This document shows positions 9,710 through 17,408 of a DNA stretch of 28,860 bases, one piece after another (position 1 is the stretch's first letter; the number at the start of each line of letters is the position of its first letter). This DNA is from a virus (taxonomy: Duplodnaviria; Caudoviricetes): IMG/VR virus record IMGVR_UViG_3300036778_000078, positions 1-28,860 of that record; one strand, written 5' to 3'. The translations under genes were made by a program, and so were the position numbers. The notes beneath the pieces are model-generated. The model was given only the letters and a program-made list of their open reading frames with translations, ran no database searches and was not told the origin of the DNA.

Positions 9710-10006
9710 ATGGGCGGGAAGCCAAACAAAGCGCGCACGAACACCCGAGAAGGTTATGAAATCGTGCGCAGAATCAGGCTTATCGAGGCCCGCGAACGCT
9801 TCGGACTCACCCGCCCCGCGCTCGCCGACAAGCTAGGCGTCGGCCGCCAATATGTGTTTCGCGTTGAGGAGGGCCTACGGCGGCCAAGCCTCCACACGAT
9901 GATGCGTTGGGCCGGCTTTCTCCGTTGCTCGCTCGATTGCTTCTCCGACGACGTTTCCAAGGCCGCGGAAGGCGAAGCCGACCAGCCGACTCAATCGGCG
10001 GCTTGA
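9710..10006 (+). CDS. Cro-like XRE HTH regulator
   Basis: LIEARERFGLTRPALADKLGVGRQYVFRVEEGLRRPS. Confidence 0.85.
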   Translation: MGGKPNKARTNTREGYEIVRRIRLIEARERFGLTRPALADKLGVGRQYVFRVEEGLRRPSLHTMMRWAGFLRCSLDCFSDDVSKAAEGEADQPTQSAA

Positions 10007-10009
10007 ACC

Positions 10010-10444
10010 ATGGCGGCGGCTCGCAAATTGCGCCAGGCGCCCGACCCGTTGGAAAAAGACATCCAATCCGCCGTCATCGATCATTGGCGGCTCCTCGGCC
10101 GGCCTATGACCTTGGTGGCGGCGATTCCCAACGCCAACGCCCACGGCCAGCCAGGCTTGACGCCAGGCCTCGGCGATCTCCTCGTGATGGGCCCTGACAT
10201 CCCCGGCGGCTTGCCGATCGCCTTCATGGAGCTCAAGCGCAAGCGGCGCTCCCGGCGCTCCGAGACTGGCAAGCTCTCGCCAACCGAGGAGGCGCAAGCC
10301 GGTTTTGCCATCCTCTGCGCCCAGCTCGGCATTCTCTGCCCGACGGTGTACGGGCGCGATGAGCCAATCGAATATCTCGAGCGATGGAACATCGTTCGCA
10401 CGCAACGCTATCCTGAAATCATCGAAGCGACGGTGTGGCCATGA
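10010..10444 (+). CDS. VRR-NUC-like nuclease
   Basis: LEKDIQSAV...IPN...GLTPGLGDLLV...FMELK...GKLSP...Q. Confidence 0.8.
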   Translation: MAAARKLRQAPDPLEKDIQSAVIDHWRLLGRPMTLVAAIPNANAHGQPGLTPGLGDLLVMGPDIPGGLPIAFMELKRKRRSRRSETGKLSPTEEAQAGFAILCAQLGILCPTVYGRDEPIEYLERWNIVRTQRYPEIIEATVWP

Positions 10445-10980
10445 GCCAACGCGCTTCCGCATATGCTCGCCGGCCGAGCGAAGATTATGCAACGCCTCAT
10501 TGGGTTGGCCAGGTTATCGCTCGGCATTTGTCCAAGCGCGCCCTCCACATTTGGGAGCCGGCCGCCGGCGCCGGCCAGCTCGCCCAAGCGCTCAAAGACT
10601 ATGGTTTCGACGTCATCGCCACCACCGACGATTTCCTCGACTATAGAGAGCCGCCGGACGCGCGCACCGACGCGATCGTCACCAACCCGCCGTTCGGGCC
10701 CAATGGCCGCAGCGAGCTCGCGTGCGACTTCATTCGCCACGCGCTCGGCTTCTACGTCATAGTGGCGATGCTGTTGCGGATCGACTTCGACAGCGCCAAG
10801 GCGCGCGCCGACTTGTTTCGCGACAATAAGCGCTTCGCCGGCAAGATCGCGCTCCTCGACCGAATCGTATGGTTTGAGCCGGCGATCGCCAGCCCCTCGG
10901 AAAATCACGCCTGGTTTATTTGGGACCGCGCCCCGCGCCGAGAGCGCCCCTGGATTCGCTACGGGGGGAAAGACGCATGA
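10441..10980 (+). CDS. DNA amino-methyltransferase (N6-adenine type)
   Basis: SAM-binding WEPAAGAG motif and catalytic IVTNPPF motif. Confidence 0.85.
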   Translation: MSQRASAYARRPSEDYATPHWVGQVIARHLSKRALHIWEPAAGAGQLAQALKDYGFDVIATTDDFLDYREPPDARTDAIVTNPPFGPNGRSELACDFIRHALGFYVIVAMLLRIDFDSAKARADLFRDNKRFAGKIALLDRIVWFEPAIASPSENHAWFIWDRAPRRERPWIRYGGKDA

Positions 10981-11450
10981 ACGCTTACGAGAGAGTGACG
11001 CTCCTCGACGGGACGCATGTGTTCAAAGACACGGCCTCGCGCCTGGCGCAGCGTGAAGTCGCCAAAATTCTCGCCCGCGTTTGGAAGTGCCGGGTGGAGG
11101 AGTTTCCAGCGCTTTGTAAGGTTGATTGGTGGGCCGCCCGCGATTTCCGCATGGCGGCGCTCCTCGAGCTCAAATGCCGCAAGGCCAACCACGACAAGTA
11201 CGATACCGTCTATTTAGCGCTCGCCAAGTGGTTCGCGCTCAAGGACGGCGCGGCCAGCTTATCGACGTGCTCCATGTTCGTCGTGCGCTTCACTGACGGA
11301 ATATGGTTCATTCCCATCAAAGACGTCGACACGAGCGACGTGATCATCGCCGGCCGAAACGACCGCGGGCGCGAGGAATACGAGCCCGTCATCCTGGTTA
11401 AGATCGCCAGCATGACGAAGCTCGACGAGGAGGGAGCCAACGCGCCATGA
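10977..11450 (+). CDS. Putative PD-(D/E)xK nuclease
   Basis: VDW...LLELKCR...YDTVYL...KW pattern; ATGA overlaps at both ends. Confidence 0.6.
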   Translation: MNAYERVTLLDGTHVFKDTASRLAQREVAKILARVWKCRVEEFPALCKVDWWAARDFRMAALLELKCRKANHDKYDTVYLALAKWFALKDGAASLSTCSMFVVRFTDGIWFIPIKDVDTSDVIIAGRNDRGREEYEPVILVKIASMTKLDEEGANAP

Positions 11451-11611
11451 CGATCAGCGAGCTTGTGAAGAAGATGCTCGACGCCGGCGCCACCACTGAG
11501 ATTGTGGAGATCGCCATCGCGGCCATTGAGGAGGAACGAGAGGAGGCGCAGCCGGCGAGACGGCGGCGCGCCAAGGCCCGCAAACCCGAGATCGTGGCGC
11601 AGCGAGCTTAA
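11447..11611 (+). CDS. 54-aa protein resembling the N-terminus of alphaproteobacterial phage replication initiators
   Basis: Not in ORF track; MTISELVKKMLDAGATTEIVEIAIAAIEEEREEAQPARRRRAKARKPEIVAQRA*; coupled to the previous gene. Confidence 0.55.
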   Translation: MTISELVKKMLDAGATTEIVEIAIAAIEEEREEAQPARRRRAKARKPEIVAQRA

Positions 11612-12053
11612 GGCAACCAACCGCCACCGCTGCGCCACTCTCTCGCCGGACGGGGCGCCGGCTAGCACCGCCCCGGACTTGGATGAGGGTTTCTAGGCTC
11701 CTCATCCAAGCCCATAGCACAACCGCAACCCTTCGGGCAACATCCCGACGGAACGGCAGAATTTTGCCAATTCGCCGAGCGGCGACTGGATTGCACATCC
11801 TTGCCCTGGAGGGGGAAGGGGGGTGCACTACAGGGTGCTTACTGGAGTCAGTTAGCTCCCCTTCGATGTAAGTTTTTAAGCTCTCAACCGTCAGTGCTCT
11901 TTTCGGATGCCTCTGTTGAAGACACTGCCGTTTCAAGGTTAGCGCTTACGCGCGCGAAGCAACAACGGCGCCAAGACTTTGGGTGTGATCAGGACAAAGG
12001 ACACTTGGCGGATTCGCGCGGCGTTTCCGAGCGACTTTGCTGACGGGGAAACT

Positions 12054-12236
12054 ATGGGCGCGGGTTGGGAGTCGGCCGGCGAGCGCGAAAAAGGCGGCTA
12101 TCCGATCGGCTTTCATGGGTGGGAGCTCGGGCGGCGTAACGCGTGGTTTGCGGGGTTCAATCTTGGCTATGTCCGACGGCGAGCTGCAGCAAAAGCGGAT
12201 CGAGCTCGGCCTCGAGCTCCGCAACGAAATCTATGA
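12054..12236 (+). CDS. Small hypothetical protein (start uncertain, 11979 or 12054)
   Basis: GGYPIGFHGWELGRRNAWFAGFNLGY; GGGGA upstream of the ATG. Confidence 0.4.
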   Translation: MGAGWESAGEREKGGYPIGFHGWELGRRNAWFAGFNLGYVRRRAAAKADRARPRAPQRNL

Positions 12237-12489
12237 GGAGATCGAGCGCCAGGCCGACACGGCCGCGTCGCTCTCGCGCTCAATCAGCGAGGCGGCTTTT
12301 CGCGGCGATCAGCTCACCGTCGGCGTGCACATCAAGCAATTGCGCCTCGTTCTGCTCTACCTGATCAAGCTCTACAAGGAGGGACTTTGTGGGCACCGTG
12401 CGAACGATACCGGACAAGCCGCGGGAGCCGCCGGCGATATTTCGCCTGTCAAAGCCGGCGATGGAATGGGAGGAAATCGACCTCCGTGA
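12169..12489 (+). CDS. Hypothetical helical protein
   Basis: Protein-like composition from MSDGELQQKR. Confidence 0.55.
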   Translation: MSDGELQQKRIELGLELRNEIYEEIERQADTAASLSRSISEAAFRGDQLTVGVHIKQLRLVLLYLIKLYKEGLCGHRANDTGQAAGAAGDISPVKAGDGMGGNRPP

Positions 12490-12691
12490 GCTCCTGGCAT
12501 GCTTGCGGCGCGAGTACGCGCTTCGCCAACGCGTCTATCCGCGATGGGTGGGTAAGGGCTCCATGACCGACAAAAAGGCCGAAAAAGAGCTCGAGCTCAT
12601 GCGCCAGTGCGTCGATTTCTTGGTGGATTGCATTTTCAAGGCGGCGGCGGCGGGAAAATCGCCGACGGTTTCGAAGCAGGAAACGAAATGA
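12389..12691 (+). CDS. Hypothetical phage protein
   Basis: AAGGAGG RBS before GTG; LACLRREYALRQRVYPRWV motif. Confidence 0.7.
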   Translation: MGTVRTIPDKPREPPAIFRLSKPAMEWEEIDLRELLACLRREYALRQRVYPRWVGKGSMTDKKAEKELELMRQCVDFLVDCIFKAAAAGKSPTVSKQETK

Positions 12692-12695
12692 CCGC

Positions 12696-12887
12696 TTACG
12701 AGGATTCGCCCTTAGGTCGAGAGCGCTTGTCGTGACGTTCGTCCCGGTCAAGGCCCTCTTCGAGGAGTAAGCGGATCGCCTCGGCGCGGCTGTCGATTTC
12801 ATGTTTAAACCGATACCTCTTGAGGCGCGCTGTGAGCTCGCGCGGCATCTTGAGGGCGATCCGGTCCGGCTCTGGCTTGTCAACCAT
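12696..12887 (-). CDS. Ribbon-helix-helix (Arc/CopG-like) regulator
   Basis: RIALKMPRELTARLKRYRF....SRAEAIRLLLEEGL. Confidence 0.8.
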   Translation of the reverse strand: MVDKPEPDRIALKMPRELTARLKRYRFKHEIDSRAEAIRLLLEEGLDRDERHDKRSRPKGESS

Positions 12888-12922
12888 GTCGCAGACTATG
12901 CCGAGGTGCAAAAAGTACGTAA

Positions 12923-12958
12923 ATGCACCGTGTACACCGCATGCACCGTGTACGCCGC
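12923..12958. repeat. Tandem direct repeat, 2 x 18 bp (4 x 9 bp RTRCRCCGY)
   Basis: ATGCACCGTGTACACCGC followed by ATGCACCGTGTACGCCGC. Confidence 0.9.
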
Positions 12959-13175
12959 ATGTGCGTGTTCACGAAAATGTGATCAATGCGCGCCGTGAAG
13001 CGAAAGCGGCTAAAAACGGTTCGAAAACCTACGTTTCCAGAGTCAACCCAACAGATGTGTTGAGCATCGCCGAAAGTGCTGGCGCGTATCACTAAACATG
13101 TTGCCAAGCAGGCGTCGCCGGGAGCACAACTTCAGATGACGCAAACGCGACAGTTACTAAAAAAATGGGTGGGAA

Positions 13176-13607
13176 ATGGGCGGGCATGCGGTCGTCCTGA
13201 CGCCTTCGATCATGGAGCAATGGTTCCTCAAAGTGGAGGCGGCGCTCGATCAACAGCAGCTTGTGGATGTCGTGCCGACGGTCGACGGCGGGATGCTCGA
13301 GATATGGAAAGACGCCAGTCTCAGCACGTTTCTCGCCTGTAGAGAACTTCGCGATGACCTCAAGAATATCATTTCTCACATGCGCGCCGCCCGGAACGCC
13401 GAGGCCTTGGACGAAGAGGCCGCGGCCGCCGAACTGAAGGCGAAGATTGCCGACATGCGCGAGCGGGTTGGGCGAAAGACGATGCGCGAGTTGGCCGCGC
13501 TATTGCGGGCCGAGAAAATTCACGGCCACAGCCCCTTGATCGATTGGCTCATGGTGGACGGCGAGCGAACCAAGAAGCGGAAGCGCAAGAAGGGCCGTCA
13601 CTCATGA
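13176..13607 (+). CDS. Hypothetical protein
   Basis: 143 aa with protein-like composition and a basic C-terminus. Confidence 0.6.
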   Translation: MGGHAVVLTPSIMEQWFLKVEAALDQQQLVDVVPTVDGGMLEIWKDASLSTFLACRELRDDLKNIISHMRAARNAEALDEEAAAAELKAKIADMRERVGRKTMRELAALLRAEKIHGHSPLIDWLMVDGERTKKRKRKKGRHS

Positions 13608-13771
13608 CGCTCACGCTCGTCGAGGCGCTTCTCGATGGCGTGGATGCGCTCGAGGCTTTCCCGCAACAGTCGAATGCCCTCGAGGAAGGCGTATCGGACC
13701 ATGAACAGCGCCCAAATCAGGGTAACGGTTTGGGCGAGATCAATGACGGTTTGGGCAATGTTGAGCCACAC
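13598..13771 (-). CDS. Small predicted membrane protein
   Basis: GGAGGG RBS then GTG; MWLNIAQTVIDLAQTVTLIWALFMVRYAFLEG plus a charged coiled-coil tail. Confidence 0.55.
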   Translation of the reverse strand: MWLNIAQTVIDLAQTVTLIWALFMVRYAFLEGIRLLRESLERIHAIEKRLDERERHE

Positions 13772-13829
13772 GTGTCCCTCCAAGCATTGGCGTAGCCTCC
13801 GCGCGTGAGGCGGTGACTGTAGGGCAACC

Positions 13830-14201
13830 ATGACGCGGAGAAAAACCCCCGGCCGCTATGTCTTAGAAAGCAAAAGGCCGGTCGAATGTTCCGATCTCTT
13901 CGCGTGGGCGAGATGGATGGAAACCGTCGATCGCCATGTGGCGCTCACCGAGCTCGCCTTTTGTCGCATCTCGACCGTCTTTCTCGGCCTTAATCATCAA
14001 TTCGGCCGCGGGCCGCCGATTCTGTTCGAAACCATGGTGTTCCATAAGACCGAGGGCGCCGCGCGGCACTGGAAAGACGCCGGCGAGGCTTTCGAGCAAT
14101 GCCGCTACGCCAATTGGGAGGACGCGGAGATCGGCCATAGGGCGATGGTCAAGCGCATGCTCGAGCTCGAGGCGCGTGTCAAAGAGGGAATGAAGCCATG
14201 A
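13830..14201 (+). CDS. Hypothetical phage protein
   Basis: ISTVFLGLNHQFG.GPPILFETMVF...RYANWEDAEIGH. Confidence 0.75.
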   Translation: MTRRKTPGRYVLESKRPVECSDLFAWARWMETVDRHVALTELAFCRISTVFLGLNHQFGRGPPILFETMVFHKTEGAARHWKDAGEAFEQCRYANWEDAEIGHRAMVKRMLELEARVKEGMKP

Positions 14202-14521
14202 ACCAGCATCGGCACTATTTGCGCGATTGGCGCGAGAATCGCGGCCTTACCCAAGGCGAGCTCGGCGCCAAGATCGGCTCGCACAAGGGCGTCATCTCGC
14301 GTTACGAAACCGGCGCTCGCGAGCCGTCTTTTGCGGTCATGTTCAAGCTCTGTGAAGCGCTTGGGATCACGGTGCAACAGTTTTTCGAGGCCCCGTCCGG
14401 CGATCGCCTCACCGCGTTGGCGCGCGCGCTAAAGGATTTTGCGCGGCTCCCGCGGCGCGCGGTCTATGTCGATTGCTTCGGCTCCCATTGCACGTTGCCG
14501 GGATCGAAGCCCTTGGCGTGA
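14198..14521 (+). CDS. XRE HTH regulator, paralog of the CI-like gene
   Basis: RHYLRDWRENRGLTQGELGAKIG...ISRYETGAR...MFKLCEALGI..QQFF. Confidence 0.85.
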   Translation: MNQHRHYLRDWRENRGLTQGELGAKIGSHKGVISRYETGAREPSFAVMFKLCEALGITVQQFFEAPSGDRLTALARALKDFARLPRRAVYVDCFGSHCTLPGSKPLA

Positions 14522-14712
14522 TCCATGCGCTTGAGCGCCCAATTGCGCCCCGGCGGCAGGGGCACGTCGCGGGCGAAAGCTTCATAGCTCGTCCAAGCCG
14601 TAGCTACCGTGAGCCGGTAATAGCGGGCGTAAGTGATGAGGTTTCGCCAGGCGCGATAGCGCTTAAGGTGCATGCCCTTGCGCTTCGGCGACGCCTGGCA
14701 ATGACTAACCAC
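14464..14712 (-). CDS. Degenerate HNH-homing-endonuclease-like protein
   Basis: YRAWRNL...V..AWTSYEAFARDV..P....LKRMDHAKGFDPGNVQW resembles the W..F..F..DMG.RP...LDRID....Y.PGNCRW pattern. Confidence 0.55.
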   Translation of the reverse strand: MVSHCQASPKRKGMHLKRYRAWRNLITYARYYRLTVATAWTSYEAFARDVPLPPGRNWALKRMDHAKGFDPGNVQWEPKQST

Positions 14713-15502
14713 GGCGGAACAGGTTGGCGAGATTGAGCGCGGTTTGATAGCCGCGGCCCGGTTGCGCGAGCGGCCCGGCGTTGACGCGATCGATCTGGAT
14801 GAAGCGATCGCTCGAGGCCGGCCGCGGGGTTTGCGACGGGGAGCCTGTCGGAGCCTCCATAACGTTTCCGGCCCCGCCGCCGATCGGAATGTGCGACGGA
14901 TAGGCGGTCGCCGGGGTTGATGTGACGGGGCGGCTCGGCATGGCTTGCGGATAGGCGGTCGCCGGGGTTGGAGTCACCGGCCGGCGCGGCGCCGGGTTTG
15001 CGGTCGTCGGGCCCGCCGGCGGCGAAGCGTCCCCGCCAAGGCTCGGCATGTAGCCGCCCGTATCGCCGAGCCAGGCCGAATTCGTCGGTTGCGGAAGCTG
15101 CATGCCGCCGAGCTTTTGCTTGGTGACGGCGAGATCGTGCCAAAAATCGGGATTGACGGCGTTGGCCAGGTTCGGCGCGCCGATCGACACATTGTTGCGC
15201 AGCCAGTTTGTGAGCGGATTGCTCGAGAGGCTCATTCCTGGCGCTGGCGCGGCCGCTGGCGGCCCTTGGGCTGGCGCGTGGCCCATCGCCGGATAACCCA
15301 TCGATGGCGCGCCTGACGTGGCTCCCTGGCGGCCCATGACGCCGCCGCCTGGCATGAGGCCTTGCGAGCCGCCGCTATAGGGTCCAGTGGCCCCGCCAGG
15401 CGCGTAAGGTTGAGAGGAGCCGAACGTCTGGCCGGCCATGTGCCCGGCTAGAAATTGGTTGATCCAATCCTCGTCCGACGCGCCGAGATCGGTGACAGGC
15501 AT
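14705..15502 (-). CDS. Pro/Gly-rich hypothetical protein with an internal repeat
   Basis: 265 aa; RPVTPTPATAYP and RPVTSTPATAYP. Confidence 0.7.
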   Translation of the reverse strand: MPVTDLGASDEDWINQFLAGHMAGQTFGSSQPYAPGGATGPYSGGSQGLMPGGGVMGRQGATSGAPSMGYPAMGHAPAQGPPAAAPAPGMSLSSNPLTNWLRNNVSIGAPNLANAVNPDFWHDLAVTKQKLGGMQLPQPTNSAWLGDTGGYMPSLGGDASPPAGPTTANPAPRRPVTPTPATAYPQAMPSRPVTSTPATAYPSHIPIGGGAGNVMEAPTGSPSQTPRPASSDRFIQIDRVNAGPLAQPGRGYQTALNLANLFRRG

Positions 15503-15504
15503 TT

Positions 15505-15699
15505 TTAGGGTTGCGACGGATTGAGCGCCGCGCCCGTGTCCTCAATCGTCCGATCGTGGCTCGGGACCGGCGAAACCGCGTCAAGCGCGGTTTGCGCATT
15601 CTCGATAACGACGTCGATTTGGGCGACCGTGAGGCCGGCGCCGAGCGCCTTGTTGATGAGGAGGTTCAAGTCCTCGGTGAGGTTGGTCGTCGTCATCAT
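15505..15699 (-). CDS. Small hypothetical protein
   Basis: Coupled between neighbouring - strand genes. Confidence 0.65.
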   Translation of the reverse strand: MMTTTNLTEDLNLLINKALGAGLTVAQIDVVIENAQTALDAVSPVPSHDRTIEDTGAALNPSQP

Positions 15700-16145
15700 C
15701 GCGAGGCGCCCGGGTGCGAGACGCGGCCTTCCTCGGGCGCGGGCGGGGCGACGCCAGGCACTTGCCGATTGCCGGCCCGCTCCTCGTCGGTGCGCTCGTC
15801 GCGCTCGGCCTTCCAGCCCTCGACGCCCGCTTTCATCACTTCCTCGGCGCGCTCGCGTTGTTCGTCGGCGATCGTTCGCACCGGCGGCGGCGTCGGCGCG
15901 CCGCGGTCAAGCGCGCCGCCGCTCGGGCCCCCTGGCTCGCCGGGGCCGGGCTCGCGATGGTCATGGCCTTCGGGCGGGGTGTAGGGCGTGCCGGGAATGT
16001 TTCCGGTTTTGTCGCGGCCGCGGTCATGATCGGGGCCGGGCCGGTCGCGCTCGTCGCCGGGATCCCGCTCGGGCCCGGCGGCGGGGCCGGGCTTCGGCGT
16101 CGGCTTGGGTTCGGGCTTAGGCGGGGGCTTGGGTTGGTTAGCCAT
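15696..16145 (-). CDS. Pro-rich, probably disordered hypothetical protein
   Basis: AAGGGAG RBS; PKP repeats; VRTIADEQRERAEE. Confidence 0.7.
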   Translation of the reverse strand: MANQPKPPPKPEPKPTPKPGPAAGPERDPGDERDRPGPDHDRGRDKTGNIPGTPYTPPEGHDHREPGPGEPGGPSGGALDRGAPTPPPVRTIADEQRERAEEVMKAGVEGWKAERDERTDEERAGNRQVPGVAPPAPEEGRVSHPGASR

Positions 16146-16204
16146 TGGCGTTCAATCTCCCTTGATCCTTACGGGTGATTGAGGGGCGACGCTATCATGC
16201 GCGG

Positions 16205-16501
16205 TTAGGATTCGCCAGAGTGGCTGATTCCTCGCCAGCGGCGACTCGTGCGCAAAACCGTGGCGGCCGCCACCATCGCCTTGCGCTGATCGCCGTCGCG
16301 CAACGCCTCGCGAATGGTCGCCTCCGCTTTGTCGAGCGCCCGCTCGTTGGCCTCGAGCGCTTGGTCGAGGAGCTCGGGCTCGGCGTCGATTAAGGATTTG
16401 AGTTCACGCTTTGTCATCTTGAGATCGGCCGCGGCTTGGCGCAGATTGCCGGCAGAACGCCGCAACACGCGCCGAATCCGCTTCATGGGAGCCGCGGACA
16501 T
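16205..16501 (-). CDS. Terminase-small-subunit-like HTH protein (second copy)
   Basis: LRRSAGNLRQAAADLKM..RELKSLIDAEPEL.DQALEANERALDKAE...ALRDGD; aligns by eye with 23499..24038. Confidence 0.55.
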   Translation of the reverse strand: MSAAPMKRIRRVLRRSAGNLRQAAADLKMTKRELKSLIDAEPELLDQALEANERALDKAEATIREALRDGDQRKAMVAAATVLRTSRRWRGISHSGES

Positions 16502-16943
16502 GTCGCTCACCACTTTGCTCCTGGCTTTCCTTCCGGCCATTGTCCGTCCAAAATTGGAGCCGGAAAAGGGCCAGCGCGAGCGTGAGCTCGAGGAGCGATG
16601 CGAAGGCCTCGAGGAGGAGCTCGAGCTTTGCCGGGCCGAACGGGATTCGGCGCGCCGGCGGCTCGAGGATGCGCAAGCCATGCTGGCGCGCATGGCGCAA
16701 GCTCAGATCGCCGATCGCCTCTATGGGCGGATCGAGGAGCGCCAGGCGCAACTCCAACAGGCGCAGCATCTCGCGGCGCTCGCCTATCAGCAGGGCTTGG
16801 CCAATCCGCTGCAACAGGCCCAATACAACATGCAGCAAGCCATGAACGCGCAGAACTTCGTTGGCGCGCAAAACCTCCTTGGCGGGTTGCACGATTTCTG
16901 CAATTGCGTGCCGGCCAGGCATGACATGTTCTTGCGCGGGTAA
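16500..16943 (+). CDS. Coiled-coil, Gln-rich protein with a hydrophobic N-terminus
   Basis: MSLTTLLLAFLPAIV, then a coiled coil, a Q-rich stretch and FCNCVPARHD. Confidence 0.6.
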   Translation: MSLTTLLLAFLPAIVRPKLEPEKGQRERELEERCEGLEEELELCRAERDSARRRLEDAQAMLARMAQAQIADRLYGRIEERQAQLQQAQHLAALAYQQGLANPLQQAQYNMQQAMNAQNFVGAQNLLGGLHDFCNCVPARHDMFLRG

Positions 16944-17057
16944 AACCGGCAAGCCGGATTTCTCATAAGCTTGTCAATGGCTTGGAATGAAGCCTCGAGG
17001 CCCGAAACGTATTCGTTTTCGGTTCCGCAGTAGGCCGCAAGTACAGGAACATAGCGG

Positions 17058-17160
17058 TTTAAACGGCCTTGGGCGGCCGCTGACAGGAATCGACTCCTCG
17101 CCGGCATCATTTCACCTGGCGAAATCCTGCCAGCTCACCGGCCGCCCAAGGCCGTTTAAA
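17058..17160. repeat. Perfect 22-bp inverted repeat within a ~147-nt rod-like hairpin
   Basis: TTTAAACGGCCTTGGGCGGCCG (17058-17079) and CGGCCGCCCAAGGCCGTTTAAA (17139-17160). Confidence 0.95.
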
Positions 17161-17201
17161 GCCCTAGTTCGGATATTCGATCCGTACCAAAATTCTTTGT
17201 G

Positions 17202-17408
17202 CTAGGATGAAATATCCGGCCATGGATCAGGCATGGCGATCTCGTGAACGACGCCTTTCGGCAGGAAGCGGTTAGCCGTGTCCTCGATCAGCTTGGCTTG
17301 CGCCTCGGAATAGCGGCCGGCGGCGCGCAACGAGGGCGCATAGCCCATTGAGCCGGGCAACCACCATCCGCCATGCTCCTCGCTCCAAATCACCCACATG
17401 GATTTCAT
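17202..17408 (-). CDS. Small hypothetical phage protein
   Basis: WVIWSEEHGGWW.PGSMGY...L..AGRYS..QA. Confidence 0.7.
   Translation of the reverse strand: MKSMWVIWSEEHGGWWLPGSMGYAPSLRAAGRYSEAQAKLIEDTANRFLPKGVVHEIAMPDPWPDISS

Noticed and set aside
12923-12975. Repeat array as a mini-CRISPR
   Set aside because: Units are contiguous with no spacers and are too short; no cas genes
14898-14972. 51-bp-period DNA repeat as a DGR template/variable pair
   Set aside because: In-frame coding duplication; differences are not adenine-specific and there is no RT
17058-17160. Protelomerase target or retron msDNA
   Set aside because: The arms are separated by 59 nt rather than forming a continuous palindrome; no protelomerase or reverse transcriptase in the window
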